From the NCBI GenBank assembly GCA_002269645.1, contig NIVC01003355.1, positions 38,621 to 102,620 of the forward strand: a stretch of DNA of 64,000 bases. The letters run 5' to 3'. Shown here piece after piece: positions 50,355 to 61,194 of the stretch (positions are counted from its first letter, which is position 1; each line of letters starts with the position of its first letter). The stretch is from Macrostomum lignano (taxonomy: Eukaryota). Position numbers and translations under genes: made by a program. The notes below the pieces were generated by a model, which made no database searches, was not told where the DNA came from, and saw nothing but the letters and a program-made list of their open reading frames with translations.

Positions 50355-52152
50355 CGCCGAGCTCTGAGCACAGGTTCACCAGCTCGTAGCTGCGCTCCTC
50401 AATCGTATGACGCACAGTCAGCGTCTCCGGGTAGACGCGGAGCTGCACAACAGATCTTCTTACAAACAGCTGCACCCGATGACAGTCAACCTTGTCTGGC
50501 ACCTGCATTTTTTGCGTATCGTGGGTCAAACAGCTGCTAATGTTGAGACTGCTCTTCCGCATGAGTCCGGCTAGAGCGGTCTCGGGATCGGCCGAACCGT
50601 ACCGCAGTTTATAATCTTCCAGCATTTGCGCAATCTTCACCATCTGGATCTGCGAGTTGCGCACCTCGAACGAGTCCTCCGGCCAAGGGCACTGAGACAG
50701 GCTGTACTCGTATTTGTTGTAGTTGCACGAATCGTAGCAGCGCTCCGGCCGGGCCGCACTCTCCGAGACGCTATCGGAGCAGATCATTCTGTCCAGCGAA
50801 GCGTTCAACTCAGCGTCGTTCTGACGCATGAGCAGCCCCAGCTTGATGTGGCCGTGAAGACCCGCTGTATTCGTGACATTCTTCAGTTCATTGTAGAGCT
50901 TGGTGAGCGCTCCAACTCTCGTAGCGTTCTTCGCGCTGATCAGATCGTGACAGAACACGACTTCGCGAGGATCGAAGCCCTCCTCGGCGATTACGTGACT
51001 CTCTAAAGTGCAGCCGCACTGTTTGCGAACTTCGCGCATGTACTGGTGCTTGATACAGTCGAACAGCTGTCTGTCATACTGTCGCATAAAGTTGAACTGA
51101 TTATCAAATAGCCGAAGCTTTGTGTCGCGAACGCACGGATTCGTGGGCGTGTCAGCCAGGGAGGTGCGCACTTGTTCGAGTCCAACCGCTGTCAGGGTGC
51201 CGGTCGGAGCCATGATGCCGTACTCCAGCGGGTGCGGGATCGTGTCCCGCTGGTGAATCTGAAACCGGATGCCGTTGTTCTCCAGACCGGACGCCAGCCT
51301 GGCCAAGCTGTCCAGTTTGAGGTTGACGTCGGCTGACGGTACGTACAGCAGTAGGAAGAGTCCGCGGTCCATGCCGCTGCTCCGGAGGCTGCGCTGCTTC
51401 GGCTTGAACGTGAAGCAGTTGGTGTACAGCCGGTGGTAGAACACGTGAAAATCCGTGTGACTGCACGGTTCGCCGTCGAATGTGCAGTAGAGTACAACAT
51501 CCATTGGGCGGATGTTGACGTCGGTGATGTTCAGTAAGTGCTCCAGAGCGTTGTAGATGAGCTCGATCGCGCGCCGCTCCTTGCGCCAGTCCGAATCTGT
51601 GCGGAAGTGGCTGTAGACGAGGCCGTAGATCATGTGCGCCTCATCGTACACGTCGACCTCGCGCGCGTAACTAATCACATTCTTGTGAAAGAAGCGCTTA
51701 TTAAGCGGATCGCAGAATGTCAAATCGGGAAACTCGAACGAATTCGGCTCTTGACGATTTGTACTGCTGACGGGATATTGCAGGTAGGTTTTCACCTGCT
51801 TTGTAGTGTGAACGATGGCGCCAAATGAGGCTGCGAGGACGATGCCAACCCAGACCATGCGAACCCAGCTCTGTTCGGCGTTCACCCGATTCAGCCCGTG
51901 AGCCGTCGTACCGCTGGTGAAGTGGTTGATGTAACCGCGAAGCATCACCTCGCGACGTCTGGGTATTCGACTGCCTCCGCCGTTGCCGGGGGCGTTCGGA
52001 TTGCCCTGCTGCTCTGCTTGGGCTCCTTGCTGTTGCTGCTGCTGCTGCAGGTTGTTCAGCCCAACATTCGTAGCGCAAGGCCCCAGCCCAGGCGCCATTG
52101 CTGCCGCCATCAAGTTGCCGCATCGCATCATATGCAGCGTGTTCTTCATCAC
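50355..52152 (-). CDS. DEG/ENaC (amiloride-sensitive Na+ channel family; FaNaC-like features), large first coding exon
   Basis: HG motif (TTAHGLNRV), TM1, FPDLTFC, YC-FDG-PC, NCFTF, GIRFQIH…P…G, CGC thumb, WP and SELG|; donor G|GTGAGT at 50354. Spliced CDS is 2190 nt (729 aa) if the first ATG is used. Confidence 0.95.
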
Positions 52153-52735
52153 AGCTGTTGACTGATTGATCCCCAGATTAGGCGAAATTCTACATCCGGC
52201 AAATTGGCTTATCGTTTGCTGCGGGCACCAGATGCTCGTGACTCCAGAGGCAGATAGCGCAAGTAATCTATTGAGGGATTTCTAAGAAAGTAAAGCCTGT
52301 CTGGTTGCTTTCGTCCGTTCGTCTGTCTTTACTGCAACCGGAGGGGAGGAAGGAGCGTTTGCAGCAGAGCTTGACTGAGCTGTCATTTGATTGGATGTTG
52401 GCTGGGGTTCCTTTGCGGCCCAAGGTCGGCCATGAGTAGCGCTCCCATTGGTCCGTAGCTTTCGATGGTCCTTAGATGCGCGTTAGAGGACCCCCAGTCA
52501 GCTCTGCAACTGTCTGTAGCTGGACTGGCAAATGGCAGTGGGTTATTAACTGCAAGAGCTGCTCTGCTTGTCAACCATCTGGTTCGCTTTGGGTCGGCAT
52601 TATTGGACAATGACCTCCTTTGTCAGCCAGAGATTTTAGCAGGAATTTTTTCGTGTTTTTTACCATTATTTTGCAGACTAAAAACTTTAAAATGCCTATT
52701 TTGATTGCAGTAGATCATAGAATTACTTTATAAGT

Positions 52736-53868
52736 CAGTTTGATAGCTGCCATTTTGATAGCTGCCATTTTGATAGCTGCCATTTTGATAGCTGCCATTT
52801 TGATAGCTGCCATTTTTATAACTGCCATTTTGATAGCTGCCATTTTGATAGCTGCCATTTTGATAGCTGCCATTTTTATAACTGCCATTTTGATAGCGGC
52901 CATTTTGATAGCTGCCATTTTGATAGCTGCCATTTTTATAACTGCCATTTTGATAGCAGCCATTTTTATAACTGCCATTTTTTAACTGCCATTTTGATAG
53001 CTGCCATTTTGATAGCTGCCATTTTAATTGCTGCCATTTTGATAGCTGCGATTTTGATAGCTGCGATTTTGATAGCTGCCATTTTGATAGCTGCCATTTT
53101 GATAGCTGCCATTTTGATAGCTGCCATTTTGATAGCTGCCATTTTGATAGCTGCCATTTTGATAGCTGCCATTTTGATAGCTGCCATTTTAATAGCTGCC
53201 ATTTTGATAGCTGCGATTTTGATAGCTGCCATTTTGATAGCTGCCATTTTGATAGCTGCCATTTTGATAGCTGCCATTTTGATAGCTGCCATTTTGATAG
53301 CTGCCATTTTGATAGCTGCCATTTTTATAACTGCCATTTTGATAGCAGCCATTTTTATAACTGCCATTTTTTAACTGCCATTTTGATAGCTGCCATTTTG
53401 ATAGCTGCCATTTTAATTGCTGCCATTTTGATAGCTGCGATTTTGATAGCTGCGATTTTGATAGCTGCCATTTTGATAGCTGCCATTTTGATAGCTGCCA
53501 TTTTGATAGCTGCCATTTTGATAGCTGCCATTTTGATAGCTGCCATTTTGATAGCTGCCATTTTGATAGCTGCCATTTTGATAGCTGCCATTTTAATAGC
53601 TGCCATTTTGATAGCTGCGATTTTGATAGCTGCCATTTTGATAGCTGCCATTTTGATAGCTGCCATTTTGATAGCTGCCATTTTGATAGCTGCCATTTTG
53701 ATAGCTGCCATTTTGATAGCTGCCATTTTGATAGCTGCCATTTTGATAGCTGCCATTTTGATAGCGGCCATTTTGATAGCTGCCATTTTAATAGCTGCCA
53801 TTTTGATAGCTGCCATTTTGATAGCTGCCATTTTTATAACTGCCATTTTGATAATTGCCATTTTGATG
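52736..53868. repeat. 15-bp minisatellite (GCCATTTTGATAGCT), about 75 copies, upstream of the channel gene
   Basis: Direct inspection; includes a duplicated block of about 390 bp with identical variants. Confidence 0.96.
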
Positions 53869-54224
53869 GCACAATAATAAAACAGGCCGGTAAAAAATGT
53901 ATGTCTTTTATGTTCCCCCATCACCAATCGAAAAATCCTTAAGTCCCTGCGTCCAAGGCCATACGCATAAGAATTGATTATTGGCATAGATACATGTACT
54001 TTTGCGAAAGTGCTGGGGTCAGTGTCAGTGGAACTTGCTAAATGCACTGGCAATAGATTACGCTCGTAACTAGGCTTTTACAATAGTTAGTTGGCTATGA
54101 AAGCATTGGAGTAGAAACGTTTTAAGCACTTGGGGATTTCTGTGAGTTCTTTGCAATGACAGCTTACTCACAAAGAATAGAAAATGCGTGTACTTATTTT
54201 CTAACCATCTTGCCCAACACATAA

Positions 54225-54606
54225 GCCTCAGATTACACAGAGCCTGAAGCCTCAGATTACACAGAGCCTGAAGCCTCAGATTACACAGAGCCTGAAGCCT
54301 CAGATTACACAGAGCCTGAAGCCTCAGATTACACAGAGCCTGAAGCCTCAGATTACACAGAGCCGGAAGTGATACATCTCACAGAGCCTGAAGTGACACA
54401 TCTCACAGAGCCTGAAGTGACACATCTCACAGAGCCGGATGTGATACATCTCACAGAGCCTGAAGTGACACATCTCACAGAGCCTGAAGTGACACATCTC
54501 ACAGAGCCGGAAGTGACACATCTCACAGAGCCGGAAGTGACACATCTCACAGAGCCTGAAGTGACACATCTCACAGAGCCTGAAGTGATACATCTCAGAG
54601 CCGGAA
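54225..54606. repeat. Two adjacent related 24-bp repeats sharing CACAGAGCCTGAAG
   Basis: Direct inspection. Confidence 0.92.
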
Positions 54607-55239
54607 GACACACAAACCAATAAAGAGGACGCATTATTCAGGTCAGCAACAACTGTTTCCCAAATTCCTCCATCCACAGTCTTGCTTTGCCGACTCCCCC
54701 CAGCCGACGTTGCGTGCGATGTCCAACATGAAATTTTTTGTCTCCCGAAAACTGCTATCATCCCCTAATTTTTCCTTCCTCTTCTATGCGGCTAGGGAAA
54801 TTCTATTTGCTAAAGCCCAACCCCTGCAAACGGCTTCAATTTCTGCCGGCAAAATTAAAGCCTTAAGCAGAGCCTGACTGAGAGAGAGAGAGAGCGAGCG
54901 GGGAGAGAGGCTGGAGCCATCCGATCCGAGAGAAGAGCCGAAGGATTAAAAAGTGATGAGTTTGCGCTTCCCAGGCCGCACGGCCTTGGGGTCCCTGAGG
55001 GAGGATCGCCAAAAAAGTTTTTTGCGTGCTGCTCGGGCTGTATTCTCTAACAGAATTTACAAAAATTCGAAACTCTTAAAGAGAAGTTGCATGGAAACGA
55101 TGAGGTCTGGATGATTCTGGCTTGCTGACTGTGTGTTACTCAATACTGCATTCTGCTGGGTCTTCAAGTATGGGCGGTGGACATAGTTTTTTGTTTAAAA
55201 TTGCTTATTTATGCCCTCTGTTTCGCTACCCTTTTTTGA

Positions 55240-56620
55240 CCTCCCTGCCTCCTATCTCCCTCTCTCTTCTCCCACTCTCTGTCCTCTCTCACTCTTCTTG
55301 TCTCCTCTCTCACTCTCTCTCTCTTCTCTCCCACTGTCTGTCCTCTCTCACTCTTCTTGTCTCCTCTCCCACTCTCTCTCCCACTCTCTCTCTCTCTTCT
55401 CTCCCACTGTCTGTCCTCTCTCACTCTTCTTGTCTCCTCTTCCACTCTCTCTCTCTCTTCTCTCCCACTGTCTGTCCTCTCTCACTCTTCTTGTCTCCTC
55501 TCCTACTCTCTCTCTCTCTCTTCTCTCCCACTGTCTGTCCTCTCTCACTCTTCTTGTCTCCTCTCCCACTCTCTCTCTCTCTCTCTCTCTCTTCTCTCCC
55601 ACTGTCTGTCCTCTCTCACTCTTCTTGTCTCCTCTCTCACTCTCTCTCTCTTCTCTCCCACTGTCTGTCCTCTCTCACTCTTCTTGTCTCCTCTCCCACT
55701 CTCTCTCTCTCTTCTCTCCCACTGTCTGTCCTCTCTCACTCTTCTTGTCTCCTCTCCCACTCTCTCTCTCTCTTCTCTCCCACTGTCTGTCCTCTCTCAC
55801 TCTTCTTGTCTCCTCTCCCACTCTCTCTCTCTCTCTTCTCTTCCACTGTCTGTCCTCTCTTACTCTTCTTGTCTCCTCTCCCACTCTCTCTCTCTCTCTT
55901 CTCTCCCACTGTCTGTCCTCTCTCACTCTTCTTGTCTCCTCTCCCACTCTCTCTCTCTCTTCTCTCCCACTGTCTGTCCTCTCTCACTCTTCTTGTCTCC
56001 TCTCCCACTCTCTCTCTCTCTCTCTCTCTCTTCTCTCCCACTGTCTGTCCTCTCTCACTCTTCTTGTCTCCTCTCCCACTCTCTCTCTCTCTCTTCTCTC
56101 CCACTGTCTGTCCTCTCTCACTCTTCTTGTCTCCTCTCCCACTCTCTCTCTCTCTTCTCTCCCACTGTCTGTCCTCTCTCACTCTTCTTGTCTCCTCTCC
56201 CACTCTCTCTCTCTCTTCTCTCCCACTGTCTGTCCTCTCTCACTCTTCTTGTCTCCTCTCCCACTCTCTCTCTCTCTTCTCTCCCACTGTCTGTCCTCTC
56301 TCACTCTTCTTGTCTCCTCTCCCACTCTCTCTCTCTCTCTTCTCTCCCACTGTCTGTCCTCTCTCACTCTTCTTGTCTCCTCTCCCACTCTCTCTCTCTC
56401 TTCTCTCCCACTGTCTGTCCTCTCTCACTCTTCTTGTCTCCTCTCCCACTCTCTCTCTCTCTTCTCTCCCACTGTCTGTCCTCTCTCACTCTTCTTGTCT
56501 CCTCTTCCACTCTCTCTCTTCTCTCTCACTCCCCCCTCTCTCGATCCTCTCTCACTCGCCCTCTCTCCCCTCCTACTCTCCCTTTCACCTCTCCTACTCT
56601 CCCTCTTCCCCCACTCTCCC
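55240..56620. repeat. About 55-bp CT-rich minisatellite
   Basis: Direct inspection. Confidence 0.93.
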
Positions 56621-57204
56621 TGCTCCAACAGCCTTCCCCTACAAAAGCAGTTTAGTCTTGAAAATCAAAAGATTCATATCTTCATAAATCAGAGTAAATC
56701 AATGCCGCTAAAACTTGACAAAGAAGCAGTTTGGAAAAAACGCACAAATATTCACGGCAGCGCCGTCAGGAGTAAACTTGGCAAACAAAAAATCAACTTA
56801 TAAAACAGTGCAGCAAGAGAGACATAAAGAGACCAGAGTCACACAGTTAAAATGCTCAAATTTGCTCAGCTGCAAGTGCAAAATCGCTGGAAACTTTCTT
56901 AGCAGCCATGCAGCTATCGGAGTGTTCGCGCGCTAAAAACGCTGTGAGAACCCTCTTGCATGAGCATCTGCGGTAAGTTAAGAGTGCACCGTGAAATTTC
57001 TCAATAGAGATTCACAAATTGGGAATTGCAGTGTTCGGCAAGACAAAACGTGGAAGTGACAATGCTAGAGAATATAGGAGGTCTGTCTGAGCTTAATTTG
57101 TTTGACTAATGTGTCAGTCTAGACACATCTCTGCAGGTTTTCTGCACAGCGGCTTTCATGCTCACTGCGGAGCTGAAACTGCAGTGCGCTGTTTGACTTG
57201 TCCC

Positions 57205-57452
57205 CGCTCGCTCTCTCCCTCTCTTCCATCTCCCTCCCACCCTGCCTCTCTCTCACTCTCTCTCTCCCTCTCTCTCTTCCATCTCCCTCCCACCCTGCCT
57301 CTCTCTCACTCACTCTCTCTCTCCCTCTCTCTCTCACTCCCTCTCTCTCCCTCTCTTCCATCTCCCTCCCACCCTGCCTCTCTCTCACTCTCTCTCTCTC
57401 CCTCTCTTCCATCTCTTCCATCTCCCTCCCACCCTGCCTCTCTCTCACTCAC

Positions 57453-57511
<59 letters not shown>

Positions 57512-57554
57512 TCCATCTCCCTCCCACCCTGCCTCTCTCTCACTCACTCTCCAC

Positions 57555-57604
<50 letters not shown>

Positions 57605-57725
57605 CTCCCTCCCACCCTCCGTCTCTCTCTCACTCTCTCTCTCTCCCTCTCTTCCATCTCCCTCCCACCCTGCCTCTCTCTCACTCCCTCTCTCTCTCCC
57701 TCTCTTCCATCTCCCTCCCACCCTG

Positions 57726-57782
<57 letters not shown>

Positions 57783-57847
57783 CTCTCTCCACTCTCACAA
57801 CTCTCTACTCTCACTCTACTCTCTCTCTACTCTCTCTCCATCTCTCT

Positions 57848-57902
<55 letters not shown>
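57205..57902. repeat. CT-rich compound repeat (TTCCATCTCCCTCCCACCCTGCC plus (CT)n)
   Basis: Direct inspection. Confidence 0.9.
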
Positions 57903-57904
<2 letters not shown>

Positions 57905-58459
57905 AATTACTCTTGGCACGATCACGAATCGCATTCTCCACCCCATCACGTGACTGCATGCCATATACCACGCAATATGCGTATAAAACCTCGCTAATTT
58001 AATTTTCCAGACAAACCCTTCGTCTGATGCCCCAAAAGAAACCAAAAAGAGGAGCGCACACACAGATGGACACATGCATAACGCAAGCTTGCAATAAATT
58101 AACCATAACTGTAATTCACACAGTCTCTCTTAACGCATTTCCCATAGTTACCTACCCCAATTCGAGTGTTTTATGAAGTATAGTAAAGAGTAAAGAGTCT
58201 TAGAGGCCGACTGGGTTTTTGCTCTCTGAGATTAGCACGTCTCAAATCATAATCCGCATTAATTTCTCAGCATACGGGAATATTATTAATACTACTGTAC
58301 TACCAAAGCGAAATAAAGGGCTAAGAGACGGCTGTTATGATTTATGATTCAATAATTAGTTTCGTCACGCACTCGTGTTGACAGTTCTTTTGATCTATTT
58401 TTATAAACATTATGCAGAAAAACATATTTTACTTTCTAGAGGAAGCTATAGTTCGCCAC

Positions 58460-59130
58460 AGCTTCTCTCCTCTCCTCCTGTGCCTCTCTCTCCTCTCTCC
58501 TCTCTCCTCTCCTCCTGTGCCTCTCTCTCCTCTCTCCTCTCTCCTCTCCTCTCTCCTCTCTCTTCTCCTCCTGTGCCTCTCTCTCCTCTCTCCTCTCTCC
58601 TCTCCTCTCTCCTCTCTCTTCTCCTCCTGTGCCTCTCTCTCTCCTTTCTCCTCTCTTCTCCTCCTGTGCCTCTCTCTCTCTCCTTTCTCCTCTCTTCTCC
58701 TCCTGTGCCTCTCTCTCTCTCTCCTTTCTCCTCTCTTCTCCTCCTGTGCCTCTCTCCTCTCCTCTCTCCTCTCTCCTCTCCTCCTGTGCCTCTCTCTCCT
58801 CTCTTCTCCTCCTGTGCCTCTCTCTCCTCTCTCCTCTCTCCTCTCCTCCTGTGCCTCTCTCTCCTCTCTCCTCTCTCCTCTCCTCCTGTGCCCCTCTCTC
58901 CTCTCTCCTCTCTCCTCTCCTCCTGTGCCTCTTGCTCCTCTCTCCCCTCTCGGCTCTCCGCTCACCTCTCTCCCCTCTCCTCTCTTCTCTCTTCTTTCTC
59001 CTCTCTCCTCTCGTCCTGTGCCCTTTTCCCCCCACTTCCCTCCCTCTACACTCTCGCCTGTTCTCTTCTCCACGTCTCTTTCCTCTCCTCCACCTCTCTT
59101 CTCTCATTCTCCTCCTCTCTCCTCTCCTTC
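58460..59130. repeat. CT-rich compound repeat (CTCCTCCTGTGCCTCTCT…)
   Basis: Direct inspection. Confidence 0.9.
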
Positions 59131-59849
59131 TCCGCCTCTAATTCGTGTCCCATTCTGGTCTCCCTGCATTCGCTTTTCCAGTCCCTGGCGCTGGGCGACA
59201 GGGCGACGTACATCAGGCCTCAGGCAGACAAAAATGACAGAATTTTCTAAATGCAAATATTACAACTCGTATACCCGAAAATGTACCGCGTAGACGAACA
59301 TTTTCTCAGTTTGCGTACATTCTCATGGCACAGCAAACACGAGTCTGATTGCTAGTGTCAATGCTAAACCAATGCGTTCTAGATATCCATTGATTTTCTT
59401 GCATTTTTTCTAGAAGTCTATAAAGTCTCTCTGTGCCCGGCTTCTCTCAGAGCAAATTCTGACACCTCAGACAGTCAGAAAGTTTCATCTGCCCTCCAAG
59501 GCAATTCTGAACCTATTTCTCTGACGCACGCTCACACAGGGTGTACCGCGACCCTTCGACTTTCTAATTGGCCAATTTAGCATTGCATTGCAACACGTGT
59601 GATGTGAGGAATGGTCATTAGGTAAACAGCAGGCAGGCAGAGCCCACTACTTTCAACGTCAATTTCCTTTATTTTTAATGAACACGCAGGCTTGGCCCTC
59701 GATAAGCTCTGTCTCGGATAAAAAAGGAATAGAAAGGACATTGTGTCGCGAACTTGTTAGTGCGATCGAGGCAGTCAGATAAATTAGTCTGACAAAAATA
59801 TCACATGTATTCAAGGTGACCGTTTTTGTTTTAAACATGGAGCTACGAA

Positions 59850-60308
59850 AGCTGATAAGCATCAGTTTGGTCTGATAAGCATCAGTTTGGTCCGATAAGC
59901 ATCAGTTTGATCTGATAAGCATCAGTTTGATCTGATAAGCATCAGTTTGGTCTGATAAGCATCAGTTTGGTCTGATAAGCATCAGTTTGGTCTGATAAGC
60001 ATCAGTTTGGTCTGATAAGCATCAGTTTGGTCTGATAAGCATCAGTTTGATCTGATAAGCATCAGTTTGGTCTGATAAGCATCAGTTTGATCTGATAAGC
60101 ATCAGTTTGATCCGATAAGAATCAGTTTGGTCTGATAAGCATCAGTTTGGTCTGATAAGCATCAGTTTGGTCTGATAAGCATCAGTTTGGTCTGATAAGC
60201 ATCAGTTTGGTCTGATAAGCATCAGTTTGGTCTGATAAGCATCAGTTTGGTCTGATAAGCATCAGTTTGGATCTGATAAGCATCAATTTGGTCTGATAAG
60301 GATCAGTC
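59850..60308. repeat. 20-bp minisatellite (CTGATAAGCATCAGTTTGGT)
   Basis: About 23 copies. Confidence 0.96.
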
Positions 60309-61194
60309 TATGATAATTATTCATTTGTCACCTGTTGACTCTTGCAATGAGTAAAAAATCCACGCAAAAACGTAGACGACTTTCTTGTATTTGACATTCA
60401 AAACATAGAATTTTACGTAAACGAAATGCACACTATACCAATTTATGGAATGTATAGGAAAGCTTCTTTGCATAAGAGCTAATTTTGCGAATGAACCTGT
60501 AAGAGAAATGATGGGCAACGGGGATAAAGGGAAAGAGAGAAAAGGTCCGGGACGGATGTAGGCTTGGCCTTGGTTAAGAAAGATACAAATCTTATATGAA
60601 TATATGCAACTACAGTAAGGGCGCAATGCATAGCAATTCAGATTTTATACTTATATATCTTCCAAATAGCAAGACTCAACCGCAGGAAGTCACTTTGCGA
60701 GAGCGCTTCAGGATAAACTTAATCATTATGACATTATAAATATTATCAAAGAAGTAGAGACCCACTGCAGTGACGCTACAGTCGGTGAAGATCACAGAAA
60801 AAATGAAAGGTTAATAACTTATGAAATGAAGTATAGGTGCTCAAAAAAGGAAAGAAAGGAGGGGGAAGAGAGGAGCAAGGTGTAGCAGACCACTTATGAT
60901 AAAAATCGTATTTAGACTGAGAAATTGTAAGACTGACCTCTAGGATATCTAATATCTTAGGATATATACAATTTCTCAACGCAAAAAGTTATAAATCTAA
61001 TGTGTGAACCAAAAGAGCCAAACGTTAATTACGCTAAAATAGAGTTACTGCAGTTTATCCCTATATTTAGTCTACGAGTTTAAGAATACTCAGAAATTGC
61101 ATGGAAAACTCAATTTCAGTATGCACTTTTGCACAGTGTATTGCATTATTTTACGAAGTAGACATGAACTATTGATATAGATATAGACTGTTTA

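Noticed and set aside
52715-54053. MAAIK/IAAIL repeat proteins
   Set aside because: They are translations of the 15-bp satellite.
55122-59293. Long S/L-rich and E/R-rich ORFs
   Set aside because: They are translations of CT-rich compound repeats.
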